From the NCBI GenBank assembly GCA_965203805.1, contig OZ241917.1, forward strand, positions 4,832,001 through 4,896,000: 64,000 bases of DNA. Reading direction: 5' to 3'. This DNA is from Candidatus Latescibacterota bacterium. Lineage in GTDB: Bacteria > Latescibacterota > UBA2968 > GCA-2709665. Within the stretch, counting starts at the first letter, position 1. Each line of letters opens with the position of its first letter. The position numbers and the translations under genes are program-made. Under the pieces are notes generated by a model. That model made no database searches. It saw nothing but the letters and a program-made list of their open reading frames with translations, and was not told where the DNA came from. Below, one piece after another: positions 36,266 through 46,898 of this stretch.

Positions 36266-36832
36266 ATGCCATTCCGGTTCCAGAGGTTGCGCATTCCGGA
36301 ACTCGTACTGGTGGAACCCCGGGTCTTCGAGGACAGTCGCGGGTTTCTGATGGAGTCCTACAGGAAGTCGGATTTCGAGGCGAACGGAATCTCCGCCGAG
36401 TTCGTGCAGGACATTCATTCCCATTCGATCAGGGGTGTATTGAGGGGGTTGCACTACCAGCTGCACCCCGCGGCGCAGGCCAAGCTGGTGAGGGTGGTGA
36501 AGGGCGAGGTATTCGACGTGGCCGTGGATATCCGCAGGAATGCCCCCACCTTCGGACAGTGGGAAGGCGTGGTGCTATCTGACGAAAACTACAGGATGTT
36601 CTACGTTCCGGAGGGATTTGCGCACGGATTCTGCGTGCTGAGCGACGAGGCCGAATTCGTCTACAAGGTCACCGCGGAGTTCGCGCCGGACCTCGACCGG
36701 GGCATCCTGTGGAACGATCCGGCCGTCGGCATCGACTGGCCGGTTTCCAATCCCGTCCTGTCCAGGAAGGACCTGGAACTGCCCCTGCTGGCCGACGCCG
36801 AAAATAACTTCGTCTACGACCCGGGCGCATGA
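36266..36832 (+). CDS. rfbC: dTDP-4-dehydrorhamnose 3,5-epimerase
   Basis: DSRGF, GVLRGLHYQ, DVAVDIR, GFAHGF. Confidence 0.95.
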   Translation: MPFRFQRLRIPELVLVEPRVFEDSRGFLMESYRKSDFEANGISAEFVQDIHSHSIRGVLRGLHYQLHPAAQAKLVRVVKGEVFDVAVDIRRNAPTFGQWEGVVLSDENYRMFYVPEGFAHGFCVLSDEAEFVYKVTAEFAPDLDRGILWNDPAVGIDWPVSNPVLSRKDLELPLLADAENNFVYDPGA

Positions 36833-36913
36833 AAACGAAGCGGATTCGACGTCATTCCGGGAGGCGACGCGGTTACGGACGTCGTTCCGGAGATCGTCGG
36901 ATCCCGGCAGAAC

Positions 36914-37552
36914 CTACCCAAGCGGGCCGCCGCCGAAGAGGTCTTCTCCTTCTTCGGCGGTTTCTTCTTTGTTGGAGATGCCCCAGATCAGTCCGTGAGG
37001 ATCCAGTTCGTTCAGAGGGGGGCTGTCGTAGTCAGGTTGGAGTTCGCTTCCGCAGATGGGACAGCAGGCATACGACGGATGATACAGTACGCCGTTGTTG
37101 CAGGTCTTGCAGGATTTCACCATCGTATCCAGCTTCTCGCCGCAGCGCACACAATGCTGAAAGTAGCCGTCGTAGGGCGTGCTCTCCCCGCACCCGGAGC
37201 AGGTCACAACGTCGTGCATGCCCAGTTTGTCGGCCGGCGGCTGCTCGAGCGAGATCGCCTGCCGATCCGGCACGGAGACGTATTCGGCCTTGAACGTCTG
37301 GAATTTTTCGCGGATCTGGCTGGTTTGTACGCCCAGGTATTTTTCCGAAATCGTGATCGTGAAGACCAGATCGGGCGAAATGCCCAGGAAGTGGATGAGG
37401 TCTCGGGTATTCCAGTCCCGCTGTTCGACGATCGTGGCCTTGTGGGTTTCACACAGGTTGAGGAAGTCCTGGATTTTTTTTCGGTTCTCCCGCCGCCGGC
37501 TGTTGTCATCCCGCTCAAACTCGTACAGGGTGCCGAAGTCGATGCGGATCAT
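36914..37552 (-). CDS. Hypothetical zinc-ribbon protein translationally coupled to uvrA
   Basis: Four CxxC pairs (CSGC, CVRC, CKTC, CPIC); ATGA overlap with the uvrA stop. Confidence 0.75.
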   Translation of the reverse strand: MIRIDFGTLYEFERDDNSRRRENRKKIQDFLNLCETHKATIVEQRDWNTRDLIHFLGISPDLVFTITISEKYLGVQTSQIREKFQTFKAEYVSVPDRQAISLEQPPADKLGMHDVVTCSGCGESTPYDGYFQHCVRCGEKLDTMVKSCKTCNNGVLYHPSYACCPICGSELQPDYDSPPLNELDPHGLIWGISNKEETAEEGEDLFGGGPLG

Positions 37553-40320
37553 TGCTCGATCACCTCTTTGAGAAAACGGCCGGTGTGGGAGGCCGGCGCG
37601 GCGGCAACCCGTTGCGGGGGCCCCTCCGCGACGACCCGGCCGCCGGATTCGCCTCCGCCGGGACCGAGGTCGACGATCCAGTCCGCCCGTTTCACCACGT
37701 CCAGGTTGTGTTCGATCACAATGACGGTATTGCCCTTGTCCACCAGCCGGTCCAGAACCGCGATGAGCGTCCGGATGTCCTCGAAGTGCAGCCCGGTCGT
37801 AGGCTCATCCAGAATATACATGGTTTTTCCGGTTGCCACACGGGAAAGTTCGGCGGCCAGTTTGATGCGCTGCGCTTCGCCTCCTGAGAGTGCCGTTGCC
37901 GACTGGCCCAGCCGGATATAGCCCAGGCCGACGTCCGAGAGGGTTTTCAGTTTCCGCCGCGCGCCGGGTATTTCCCGAAAGAACGTGAGCGCCCTCTCGG
38001 TGGTCATATTCAGGACGTCCGCGATCGAACAGCCCTTGTAACGGATTTCCAGGGTCTCCCTGTTGTAACGGCTTCCGCCGCAGGCATCGCAGGTCACATA
38101 GACATCGGGGAGGAAGTCCATTTCAATTCGTTGCTGGCCGTCGCCCTGGCAGGGCTCGCAACGTCCTCCCTTCAGATTGAAGCTGAATCGACCCGGCGTA
38201 TATCCCCGAACCCTGGATTCGGGCAGTTGCGCGTAGAGCTCTCGAATGTCCGTGAGGAGGTCGGTGTAGGTGGCCGGGTTTGATCGGGGTGTCCGCCCGA
38301 TTGGCGCCTGGTCGATCCGGATGATCTTGTCGATCTGAGAAAGTCCCTCGATGCCGTCGTGTTCAAGCGGTACGGCCGTGGCGTTGTGCAGTCTGTTTGC
38401 CAGCGCGGGATAGAGTGTCTCGTTGATCAGGGTACTCTTTCCGGACCCGGACACACCGGTAACGCAGACAAGGACGCCAAGCGGCAGCGTGACGTCAACG
38501 CCCTTGAGATTGTGTCCTCGCGCCCCCTTCAAAACGATCCGGCCGGCAGGTTGTCTTCTGTCGGGGGGCCGGGGGATGGATTTCCGCCCGGAAAGGTACG
38601 CGCCCGTAAGGCATTCCCGGTCGGCCATAATATCCTCAGCGCTACCCTGTGCGATCAGTTCGCCTCCCAGCTCGCCTGCTCCGGGCCCGAGGTCGATCAG
38701 ATGGTCGGCGGCCATCATGGTCTCCCTGTCGTGTTCCACTACCAGAACGGTATTGCCGAGGTCGCGGAGCGTTTCCAGAGTATCGATGAGCTTGCGGTTG
38801 TCCCCGGGGTGCAAGCCGACACTGGGTTCGTCAAGGACGTAGAGCACTCCCGAAAGGCGCGTGCCGATCTGTGTGGCCATGCGAATCCGCTGCGTCTCGC
38901 CGCCTGAGAGGGAGGCCACGTTGCGTTCCAGCGTGAGATATCCCACACCCACGTCCCTCAGGAAGACGAGTCGGTTGCGGATTTCATCCAGAATCGTGTC
39001 GACGACCTCGCGGGGTTTCAGCCTTCCCTTCAGGCGATCCATGAAATCGATGGCCCGATCGATGTCCATCGCCGAAACCTGCCCGATATTGCTGCCGTGA
39101 ATGGTGACCGCCAGGGCCTCCTTTCGCAACCTCGCGCCGGCACAGTCCGAACAGACAACGGTATGGATGTACGGTTCAGGGCCGGATCCGGCTTCATCCG
39201 ATGCGGCATCCGCAGCCCGCCCGCTGAGCGACGGGATCACGCCGTCGAAGCCGAGGGATTCGTCGCCCCACAGTATGGCCTCCCTCGCTTCGGTTGAAAG
39301 GGAACCGAATGGCGCGGCGACGTCGAACCCATACCGGTCCGCAAGGCGCTTGAGCAGATTGAGCTTCGCGCGGCCCCTGGGGACCCCCCAGGGCGCGATT
39401 GCGCCCTCGGCGATGGAGCGGCCCGCGTCCGGAACGACACCGTCAGGATTGATATCCGTCCTCTCGCCCATTCCGTTGCAGGCGGGACAGGCGCCGTGCG
39501 GACTGTTGAACGAGAACAGACGGGGCGTCAGTTCTTCAAGGGCGACGTCGCAGTTTCTGCAAATCAACCGGGTGGAAAAGCTCAACTCACGGCCTTCGAG
39601 CACATCCAGAACGACGATACCGCCGGACAGGGCCAGCGCGGTTTCCAACGAGTCGGCCAGCCGCCGTTCCATATTCGGTCGGACAACCAGGCGGTCGATT
39701 ACGGCGTCGACGGTGTGCGGTCTCGTCGGGTCCAGGCGAATCTCCTCTTCCAGGGCCCGGTCGCGGCCGTCGATCCGCACGCGCACGAATCCATCGCGCC
39801 GGAGGCGTTCCAGTTCCCGCTCCAGGCGACCCTTCCGGTTTCGTATCCACGGCGCCAGAATCCGAAGGCGGGCGCCCGCGGGCATCGCAAGCACCGTGTC
39901 GACGATTTCGCCGACGGTCTGGCAGGCAACCGGGTTACCGCAGTTCGGGCAATGCGGCAGACCGGCCCGTGCGAAGAGGACCCTGAGATGGTCGTGGATT
40001 TCCGTGAGGGTGCCAACCGTCGACCGGGAATTTCCCGCGGCCCGCAGCTGTTGAATCGCCACGGCGGGGGAAAGGCCGTCGATGCTGTCAACGTCGGGTC
40101 TCTCCATGACCTCCAGGAAACGGCGCGCGTGGGCGGACATCGCCTCCACGTACCTGCGCTGTCCTTCAGCATAGATGGTGTCGAAGGCCAGCGAGGTTTT
40201 CCCCGAGCCGGACGGCCCCGTGATGACCACAAACCGGTTTTTGGGGATGTCGAGATCGAGACCCCGGAGGTTGTGCTGGCGGGCGCCGCGTATTCGGATG
40301 GCGTCGTTTGCAGGTGGCAT
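37549..40320 (-). CDS. uvrA: Excinuclease ABC subunit A
   Basis: GARQHNL, GPSGSGKTSLAFDTIYAEGQRRY, two LSGGE signatures, GRTPRSNPATY, zinc fingers. Confidence 0.96.
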   Translation of the reverse strand: MPPANDAIRIRGARQHNLRGLDLDIPKNRFVVITGPSGSGKTSLAFDTIYAEGQRRYVEAMSAHARRFLEVMERPDVDSIDGLSPAVAIQQLRAAGNSRSTVGTLTEIHDHLRVLFARAGLPHCPNCGNPVACQTVGEIVDTVLAMPAGARLRILAPWIRNRKGRLERELERLRRDGFVRVRIDGRDRALEEEIRLDPTRPHTVDAVIDRLVVRPNMERRLADSLETALALSGGIVVLDVLEGRELSFSTRLICRNCDVALEELTPRLFSFNSPHGACPACNGMGERTDINPDGVVPDAGRSIAEGAIAPWGVPRGRAKLNLLKRLADRYGFDVAAPFGSLSTEAREAILWGDESLGFDGVIPSLSGRAADAASDEAGSGPEPYIHTVVCSDCAGARLRKEALAVTIHGSNIGQVSAMDIDRAIDFMDRLKGRLKPREVVDTILDEIRNRLVFLRDVGVGYLTLERNVASLSGGETQRIRMATQIGTRLSGVLYVLDEPSVGLHPGDNRKLIDTLETLRDLGNTVLVVEHDRETMMAADHLIDLGPGAGELGGELIAQGSAEDIMADRECLTGAYLSGRKSIPRPPDRRQPAGRIVLKGARGHNLKGVDVTLPLGVLVCVTGVSGSGKSTLINETLYPALANRLHNATAVPLEHDGIEGLSQIDKIIRIDQAPIGRTPRSNPATYTDLLTDIRELYAQLPESRVRGYTPGRFSFNLKGGRCEPCQGDGQQRIEMDFLPDVYVTCDACGGSRYNRETLEIRYKGCSIADVLNMTTERALTFFREIPGARRKLKTLSDVGLGYIRLGQSATALSGGEAQRIKLAAELSRVATGKTMYILDEPTTGLHFEDIRTLIAVLDRLVDKGNTVIVIEHNLDVVKRADWIVDLGPGGGESGGRVVAEGPPQRVAAAPASHTGRFLKEVIEQ

Positions 40321-40367
40321 GCGGGACCGGCGAGGCAAAACCCCGATCGGGCGACCGGGGCTTTGGA

Positions 40368-40434
40368 TGGTACGGCAAAGAGGACTCGAACCCCCAACCG
40401 TCCGGTACGTAGACGGCTTCTGAGCTATTGCCGC
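40368..40434 (-). tRNA. Degenerate tRNA-Arg(ACG)-like element lacking most of the D-arm (pseudo-tRNA)
   Basis: GCGGCAA-TAGCTCAG-AA-GCCGT-CTACGTA-CCGGA-CGGTT-GGGGG-TTCGAGT-CCTCT-TTGCCGT-A-CCA. Acceptor stem, T-arm and CCA intact; 67 nt; only 3 of 5 anticodon-stem pairs. Confidence 0.7.
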
Positions 40435-40448
40435 GAAGGCGTTGGACA

Positions 40449-40476
40449 AATATACCTCCCGCCGGCGCCGTTGCAA
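40449..40476 (-). promoter_or_regulatory. sigma70-like promoter upstream of the tRNA-like element and uvrA
   Basis: Minus strand TTGCAA-16 nt-TATATT. Confidence 0.55.
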
Positions 40477-40492
40477 GCCCAAAAATCGCCAC

Positions 40493-40521
40493 TTGACAAT
40501 GGCGGACGAAATCGGAAGATT
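40493..40521 (+). promoter_or_regulatory. Divergent sigma70-like promoter for hemL
   Basis: TTGACA-17 nt-AAGATT. Confidence 0.5.
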
Positions 40522-40580
40522 AAGGACTTGCCGCAGCTGTGGTGAAATCCGAAAGCGGCCGTTGGGTCAGGGGGTGTGTT

Positions 40581-41870
40581 GTGAGCAACCGTTCGGCAGC
40601 GTTATTCGAAGCGGCGCAACGGGTGATTCCGGGGGGCGTGAACAGCCCGGCGCGGGCGTTCGGCCCTGTCGGCGGCCAGCCGCTGTTCATAACCCGTGGA
40701 AGCGGATCGAAGGTTTACGACGCGGACGGACGGGAATACATCGACTACGTCTGTTCGTGGGGACCGCTGGTTCTGGGCCACGCGCCGCCAGGCGTCGTTG
40801 AAAGGCTCAAGCGGACCTGCGAGCAGGGTACGAGTTTCGGGGCGCCCACTGAGACGGAGGTTGAAATGGCCCGGCTGGTCACCGAACTCGTACCCGGTGT
40901 GGAAATGGTGCGCATGGTGAATTCGGGCACCGAGGCTACGATGTCGGCCGTGCGCCTGGCAAGGGGGTATACGGGCCGCGAGAAGGTGATCAAGTTCGAG
41001 GGCTGCTGGCACGGGCACGCCGACAGCTTTCTGATTCAGGCGGGGTCGTCGGCGCTCACCACGGGCGTGCCCAGCAGCCCCGGCGTGACCGCGGGCACGG
41101 CGGGGGATACCCTCACCGCGCCATACAACGACCTCGAGGCGGTAAAGCGGATCGTGGCGGAGAACCGGGACGAGATCGCGGCGGTCATCGTGGAGCCGGT
41201 GGCCGGCAATATGGGTGTGATTCCGCCGGCTGACGGATTCCTGGAAGGACTGCGGGAACTCACCGCGGATTCGGAGATTGTGCTCATATTCGACGAAGTG
41301 ATCACCGGATTCAGGGTGCATCCAGGCGGCGCCCAGGCCTTATACGGGGTCACGCCCGATCTGACCACGCTCGGCAAAATTATCGGCGGCGGGCTGCCGG
41401 TGGGCGCATTCGGCGGCAGGCGGGAGATCATGTCGCATATTTCGCCACTCGGCAAAGGGGTATCGCAGGCCGGGACGCTTTCGGGAAATCCCCTTGCGAT
41501 GACGGCGGGCTACGAGACGCTCAGGCGACTCCGGGAACCCGGCGCGTATGAATCGCTGGAGGGCAAAGCCGCCGCTCTGGAGGCCGGCTTCCGGGAAAAC
41601 CTGAGGTCCCTCGGATTGCCGTTTCGACTGAACCGGGTCGGGTCCATGATGACCCTGTTCTTTACGGACCGTCCCGTGACGCGATACGAGGCCGCCGTCG
41701 CGTGCGACCAGGAGGCTTTCGCGCGATACTTCCGGGTGATGCTGGAACAGGGCGTCTATCTGGCGCCCTCGCAGTTCGAAGCGACCTTTGTATCGCTGGC
41801 GCATACCGAAGCGGATATCGACCGGACCGTCAAAGCGCAGCATACGGCATTGAAGTCATGCGCAGCCTGA
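40581..41870 (+). CDS. hemL: Glutamate-1-semialdehyde 2,1-aminomutase
   Basis: [53 protein letters not shown]. Confidence 0.96.
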   Translation: MSNRSAALFEAAQRVIPGGVNSPARAFGPVGGQPLFITRGSGSKVYDADGREYIDYVCSWGPLVLGHAPPGVVERLKRTCEQGTSFGAPTETEVEMARLVTELVPGVEMVRMVNSGTEATMSAVRLARGYTGREKVIKFEGCWHGHADSFLIQAGSSALTTGVPSSPGVTAGTAGDTLTAPYNDLEAVKRIVAENRDEIAAVIVEPVAGNMGVIPPADGFLEGLRELTADSEIVLIFDEVITGFRVHPGGAQALYGVTPDLTTLGKIIGGGLPVGAFGGRREIMSHISPLGKGVSQAGTLSGNPLAMTAGYETLRRLREPGAYESLEGKAAALEAGFRENLRSLGLPFRLNRVGSMMTLFFTDRPVTRYEAAVACDQEAFARYFRVMLEQGVYLAPSQFEATFVSLAHTEADIDRTVKAQHTALKSCAA

Positions 41871-42322
41871 GCGTAATCCTTCTATTGTCGCTCGGCCTGC
41901 CGGGATGCGGCGGCGAAAGCGATCACTTTACGCGGCTCCGGTCCGGTACGCCGCGAGAGCGCGAGGATGCGGCGGCGTATCTGGGCGCCCGCCGCGTTCC
42001 CGGATCGGTTCCCTGGTTGCGACAGGCGCTGAGGGATACGGTTCCGGAGGTGCGTGCCAAGGCGATCTGGGCGCTGGGGATGCTGGGCGCCGGCGAGGCG
42101 CTTCCCGATCTGGTGCCGTTCCTTACGGCCAACAGCCGTCGGTTGCGCCAGCAGACCGCCGTCGCAATTATGCATATTGAACGCCCCGAGGCGATCGCCG
42201 TTCTGGAGATGGCGATGCGCACGGAAAGAGACCCGTGGGTCAGAAGCGATCTGGCAAGGGCGATAGCGCACCTCAAGCAGTTTGTGGGTGAATCGGATAT
42301 TGCGGAAGGGACGTTTCGGTAA
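41858..42322 (+). CDS. HEAT-repeat lipoprotein
   Basis: Lipobox LPGC; HEAT-like repeats ([19 protein letters not shown]). Confidence 0.75.
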   Translation: MRSLSVILLLSLGLPGCGGESDHFTRLRSGTPREREDAAAYLGARRVPGSVPWLRQALRDTVPEVRAKAIWALGMLGAGEALPDLVPFLTANSRRLRQQTAVAIMHIERPEAIAVLEMAMRTERDPWVRSDLARAIAHLKQFVGESDIAEGTFR

Positions 42323-42376
42323 GCGTGTTCGGGCTTGCCATATAACCGGGACAGGACATTCGGGGGCATTTCACTT

Positions 42377-44551
42377 ATGAATCGATGGTTTGAAACTTGC
42401 ATTTGCGCGGCCTGCCTGATCGGCATCCTGCCGACGGGTTCGCTTATGACCGCCGCCGCCGCCGATTGGACGCACTGGCGCGGACCTATGCAGACCGGCG
42501 CTTCGCCGGAGAGCGGCCTGATTTCAAGATGGTCTCCGGAAGGAGAAAACCTGGTCTGGCGGTCGGCGTTCATCGGCCGGTCCACGCCGGTCATACTGAA
42601 CGGGCGGGTATACGTGATCGGACGTACCGGGGACGGGGTCGCCAGGCAGGAGCACGTCGCGTGTTTCGACGCCGAGAACGGACGGCTGGTATGGGAACGC
42701 AAGTTCAACGTGTGGCACTCCACCATCACGTTTAACCGTCTGGGCTGGGCGAATCTGGGCGCCGACGGGGAAACCGGAAACGTGTACGCACACCTGGTGA
42801 ACGGTCTGCTGCTGTGTTTCGACCGCGACGGCCGGATTCTCTGGACCCGGTCGCTGACCGAGGAGTTCAACAGGTTCTCGGGCTATGGAGGCAGGCTGCA
42901 CACGCCCGTCGTCGACGGAGACCTGGTCGTGATCAGCATGGGCAACAGGGGCTGGGCGGACCGCCCGCCCTCCCACCGGTACATGGCGTTCGACAAGCGG
43001 ACTGGAGAGACCGTTTGGATGGCGCGGCCGGGCGGGGGCGGGCAGGCCGACCTGACCGTGTACTCCACCCCGGTGTCGGCGACCGTCGACGGCGGTCGGG
43101 TACTGATCGCGGGCAACGGAAACGGCGGCATCTTCGCATTCAGGGTCGGGACCGGCGAGGTCGTGTGGGGCTTCCCGTTGAGCCGGCGGGGCATCAACAC
43201 CTCTCCGGTTGCGGCAGACAATCGCGTTTACGCGACCCACAGCGAAGAAAACGTGGACAATACCACGATGGGTCGGGTGGTATGCCTCGACGCGAGAACC
43301 GGCAAAGAAATCTGGCGCCGGGACGGAGTCGCGGCGGGCTATGCTTCTCCGGCCCTTCACGCCGGGCGCCTGTACGTCATCGACAATTCGGCGAACGTAC
43401 ACTGCCTCGATGCAAAAAGCGGGAAGAAATACTGGGAGCATAATATCGGCACGGTGGGGAAGGGCTCACCCACGTGGGCAGACGGGAAACTGTACCTGAC
43501 GGAAGTCAACGGCGGATTCCGGATCCTCGAGGTGGACGACGCGGGCGCACAGGTGCTGGATGAGGAGAAGATTGCGATGCCCGGCGGCAGGCCCGCGGAG
43601 ATCTACGGATCGGTCGCCGTCGCGTATGGCCGGATTTACTTCGCAACCGAAGCCGGACTCTTTTGCCTGGGAGACCGGGATTCGCCCGTCACGCCGGCGA
43701 CCACGCCCATTCCCGATCATCCGCCGGCGCCTTCGGGCGCCGAACCCGCCTCGCTGCTGGTCTTCCCGGCCGAGAAAACGCTGGCCTGGGACGAAACGCT
43801 CCCTTTAAGCGTCCGGGCGTACGATGAACGGGGCCGGATTATCGGAGACGTAGACGCGGAATGGTCCTTCGAAGGGCTGGACGGACGCGTCGACAACGGT
43901 CGGTTTACACCGGAAGCGCGCGGACAGGCCGGGTGGGTGGTCGCCAATTCAGGCGGGCTGACCGCGCGGGCGTGGGTCCGCGTGGTTCCCAGACCTCCCT
44001 GGGCGGAGGACTTCGAGGAGATCCCTGAGGGGAGGAATCCGCGCCACTGGGTGTGGGGCGGGAGGGGGTTCCGGGTCGAGGAAAAGGATGGAAACAAGGT
44101 GCTGGTGAAGCCGCCCGCGGCGCGCGGACTGGACCGTTCCAACCTCTACATCGGACCGCCCGATATGAAAGGATATACCGTCCAGGCCGATCTGATGGGC
44201 GGCACGCGCCGGCGCTGGCGTCCGGACATGGGCCTTATCGCGCACCGGTACATCCTGGATCTGCAGAGTGCCTATCAGCGCCTGGAAGTCCGGTCGTGGT
44301 CCTCGGATCTGAGGATGGTGCAGCGCGTGCCCTTCGAATGGGACCCCGACGTCTGGTATACCATGAAGATGAGGGTGGATATCGAAGGTGATCGGGCCTT
44401 CGTCCGCGGTAAGGTCTGGAAGCGGGGCGACGCGGAACCCGGCGCCTGGACGATCGAAGCGGAGGATCCGCTACCCATAAGGGAAGGCAGCCCCGGGCTC
44501 TACGGATACTCGCCGGCGAACATCTATTTTGACAATGTGCGCGTGTACTGA
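42377..44551 (+). CDS. Exported PQQ-like (BamB-type) beta-propeller protein with C-terminal beta-sandwich domains
   Basis: DWTHWRGP start; repeated STPV/SP..ADG and FD..TG..VW blades; C-terminal lectin-like region. Confidence 0.85.
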   Translation: MNRWFETCICAACLIGILPTGSLMTAAAADWTHWRGPMQTGASPESGLISRWSPEGENLVWRSAFIGRSTPVILNGRVYVIGRTGDGVARQEHVACFDAENGRLVWERKFNVWHSTITFNRLGWANLGADGETGNVYAHLVNGLLLCFDRDGRILWTRSLTEEFNRFSGYGGRLHTPVVDGDLVVISMGNRGWADRPPSHRYMAFDKRTGETVWMARPGGGGQADLTVYSTPVSATVDGGRVLIAGNGNGGIFAFRVGTGEVVWGFPLSRRGINTSPVAADNRVYATHSEENVDNTTMGRVVCLDARTGKEIWRRDGVAAGYASPALHAGRLYVIDNSANVHCLDAKSGKKYWEHNIGTVGKGSPTWADGKLYLTEVNGGFRILEVDDAGAQVLDEEKIAMPGGRPAEIYGSVAVAYGRIYFATEAGLFCLGDRDSPVTPATTPIPDHPPAPSGAEPASLLVFPAEKTLAWDETLPLSVRAYDERGRIIGDVDAEWSFEGLDGRVDNGRFTPEARGQAGWVVANSGGLTARAWVRVVPRPPWAEDFEEIPEGRNPRHWVWGGRGFRVEEKDGNKVLVKPPAARGLDRSNLYIGPPDMKGYTVQADLMGGTRRRWRPDMGLIAHRYILDLQSAYQRLEVRSWSSDLRMVQRVPFEWDPDVWYTMKMRVDIEGDRAFVRGKVWKRGDAEPGAWTIEAEDPLPIREGSPGLYGYSPANIYFDNVRVY

Positions 44552-44659
44552 CCGGACCGGAAAACCGGATGCGGTGTTGTTCGAATTCGGCCGGGTTACG
44601 TGATTGACCGTCGACAGAACGCTATACAGAGAAGCGAATGCAATCAGAGAAAGGCAGAG

Positions 44660-46087
44660 ATGAAAACAAAGTGGACTTTGAAGTGGGCTGTGATTCTGGC
44701 CTGGTCGGCGTCGGTCGCGGGCGCGGAGGAGACCTCGATGTGGGGATTCACGCCCTCGCGGAACCTGGTGTCGGACGAAACGAACCTGCCAACCGAATGG
44801 AATACGGCCACCGGCGAGAACATCAGGTGGAAGGCCGCCCTCGGCTCCCAGTCCTATGCGGGACCGGTACTGCTGGGCGGCAAGGTGTTTATGGGGACGA
44901 ACAACCACGCCGAACGGAATCCCGACATCAAGGGCGACCGCGGCGTGGTGATGGCGTTCCGGGAATCGGACGGAGAATTCCTGTGGCAGTCCGCCCATCC
45001 GAAGCTGCCCGCCGGACGGGTGAACGACTGGCCGCTGCAGGGCGTCTGTTCCACGCCGTTCATTCAGGGCGATCGCCTGTTCTACATTTCCAACCAGGGC
45101 CGTGTGGTCTGCGCGGATACGGAGGGATTCCTGGATTCGGAAAACGACGGGGCGTACCAGGGCGAAGACGTGACCGGCGCCACCGGCGTGGATATCGTCT
45201 GGGAATACGATATGATGAACGAGCTGGACGTGTTCCCCCACAATCTGGCCACATGTTCTCCCGTTGGAGCGGACGGCATGCTGTTCGTCATTACCAGCAA
45301 CGGCGTGGATGAAGGCCACGTGGCGATCCCGTCGCCGTTCGCGCCCAGCTTCATCGCCCTCAGCCTGAAAACCGGGGAACTCGTCTGGGAGAAGGCCTTT
45401 CCCGGCACGAATATCCTGCATGGACAGTGGTCCAACCCGGCCTACGGAACGATCGACGGCAAACCCCAGGTTATCCTGCCGGGTGGGGACGGCTGGGTCT
45501 ACGCCGTGGCGCCGAAGACGGGCGAACTGATCTGGAAGTTCGATTGCAATCCGAAGGACTCGGTATGGGAGCTTGGCGGACGGGGTACCCGCAATGCCAT
45601 CATTGCCACACCCGTGATTTATGACGATAAGGTGTTTATCGGCGTGGGACAGGACCCCGAACACGGGGAAGGGGTGGGGCATCTCTGGGCGATTGACGCG
45701 ACGGGGAAGGGCGACGTTACGGACACCCACGCGGTCTGGCATCTGGGAGGCAAGGCGTTCAACCGGACGATGTCGACGGTCGCCATCCACAACGGGCTGC
45801 TGTACGCGGCCGATCTGAGCGGCTTCGTCTATTGTCTCGATCTGGAGACAGGCAAGCCGCACTGGACCTACGATGCCTACGCCGCCATCTGGGGGTCGCC
45901 GTTCGTTGCCGACGGAAAGGTCTATATCGGCGACGAAGACGGTGACGTGATGATCTTCAGGGCGTCTGCGAAACTTGAGAAGATCAGCGAAATCAACATG
46001 GGCAGCGCGGTATATACAACACCCATTGCGAAAGACGGGGTGTTGTACATCGGGACCCGCAATACGCTGTTTGCAATCGGGAAATAG
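44660..46087 (+). CDS. Exported PQQ-like beta-propeller protein
   Basis: Signal peptide; MWGFTPSRN; repeated TG..VW/IW blades; SPFVADGKVY. Confidence 0.85.
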   Translation: MKTKWTLKWAVILAWSASVAGAEETSMWGFTPSRNLVSDETNLPTEWNTATGENIRWKAALGSQSYAGPVLLGGKVFMGTNNHAERNPDIKGDRGVVMAFRESDGEFLWQSAHPKLPAGRVNDWPLQGVCSTPFIQGDRLFYISNQGRVVCADTEGFLDSENDGAYQGEDVTGATGVDIVWEYDMMNELDVFPHNLATCSPVGADGMLFVITSNGVDEGHVAIPSPFAPSFIALSLKTGELVWEKAFPGTNILHGQWSNPAYGTIDGKPQVILPGGDGWVYAVAPKTGELIWKFDCNPKDSVWELGGRGTRNAIIATPVIYDDKVFIGVGQDPEHGEGVGHLWAIDATGKGDVTDTHAVWHLGGKAFNRTMSTVAIHNGLLYAADLSGFVYCLDLETGKPHWTYDAYAAIWGSPFVADGKVYIGDEDGDVMIFRASAKLEKISEINMGSAVYTTPIAKDGVLYIGTRNTLFAIGK

Positions 46088-46163
46088 GACGCGGCCAGCC
46101 GATCGGGGATATCGTTGTCCTGCAGCCGAATTCAAACAACCCACTTCCGGGACAGGACACAGG

Positions 46164-46898
46164 ATGCTGCTGGAGAACAAGGTGATTCTTGTGACCGGGG
46201 GGGCCTCGGGCATCGGACGCGCCGCGTCGTTGTGTTGCGCGCGGGCCGGCGCTCGGGTGGCGGTGACGGATTGCGATCGGGACGGCGTTGCGGCAACCGT
46301 TCGTGAAATCAAAGGTTCCGGCGGCGACGCCCGGGGTTTCCGGGTCGACGTTCGCGAGGAAGCCGGCGTCCGGACGATGGTGAAGGGCGTGGTCCGGGCG
46401 TTCGGTCGGATCGACGGCCTGATTCATTCCGCGGGGATACTGGACGGCGCGCTGGTGCCCGTCGATCTGTTCGAAGCGGACACGTGGGACCGGGTGGTCG
46501 ACGTCAACCTGAAGGGCAGTTTTCTGCTGTGCAAACACGTGGCGCCGGTCATCGAGCGGTCCGGCGGCGGCGTGCTCGTACTGGTATCTTCCGGCGCCGG
46601 TGTGCGGGGAGGCAGTTCGTCGGCGGCATACGGATCGAGCAAAGGCGGCGTGCACGGGCTCTCTCTGGTGCTTGCGCCGCAACTGGCGCCGAGGGGAATC
46701 CGGGTGCACGCGCTGTGTCCCGGGAGCCTCGACACGCCGTTGAAGATCGTCGCGCTGAGGAAACAGGCTGAAGCGGAGGGGCGATCGCTGGAGGAGTTGA
46801 GAGCGGGACTGGGCGATCCCGAAGGCGTGGGCAAGGTGCTGGCGTTTCTGGTTTCCGACGATGCGGACTACGTGAGGGGAACCGTCCATACGCGGTGA
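46164..46898 (+). CDS. SDR family oxidoreductase
   Basis: TGGASGIG, HSAG, YGSSK. Confidence 0.92.
   Translation: MLLENKVILVTGGASGIGRAASLCCARAGARVAVTDCDRDGVAATVREIKGSGGDARGFRVDVREEAGVRTMVKGVVRAFGRIDGLIHSAGILDGALVPVDLFEADTWDRVVDVNLKGSFLLCKHVAPVIERSGGGVLVLVSSGAGVRGGSSSAAYGSSKGGVHGLSLVLAPQLAPRGIRVHALCPGSLDTPLKIVALRKQAEAEGRSLEELRAGLGDPEGVGKVLAFLVSDDADYVRGTVHTR

Noticed and set aside
40368-40434. Functional tRNA-Arg, or an attR tRNA fragment from an integrated element
   Set aside because: The D-arm and anticodon stem are broken. Both the 5' and 3' ends are present, and there is no integrase or duplicate in the window.
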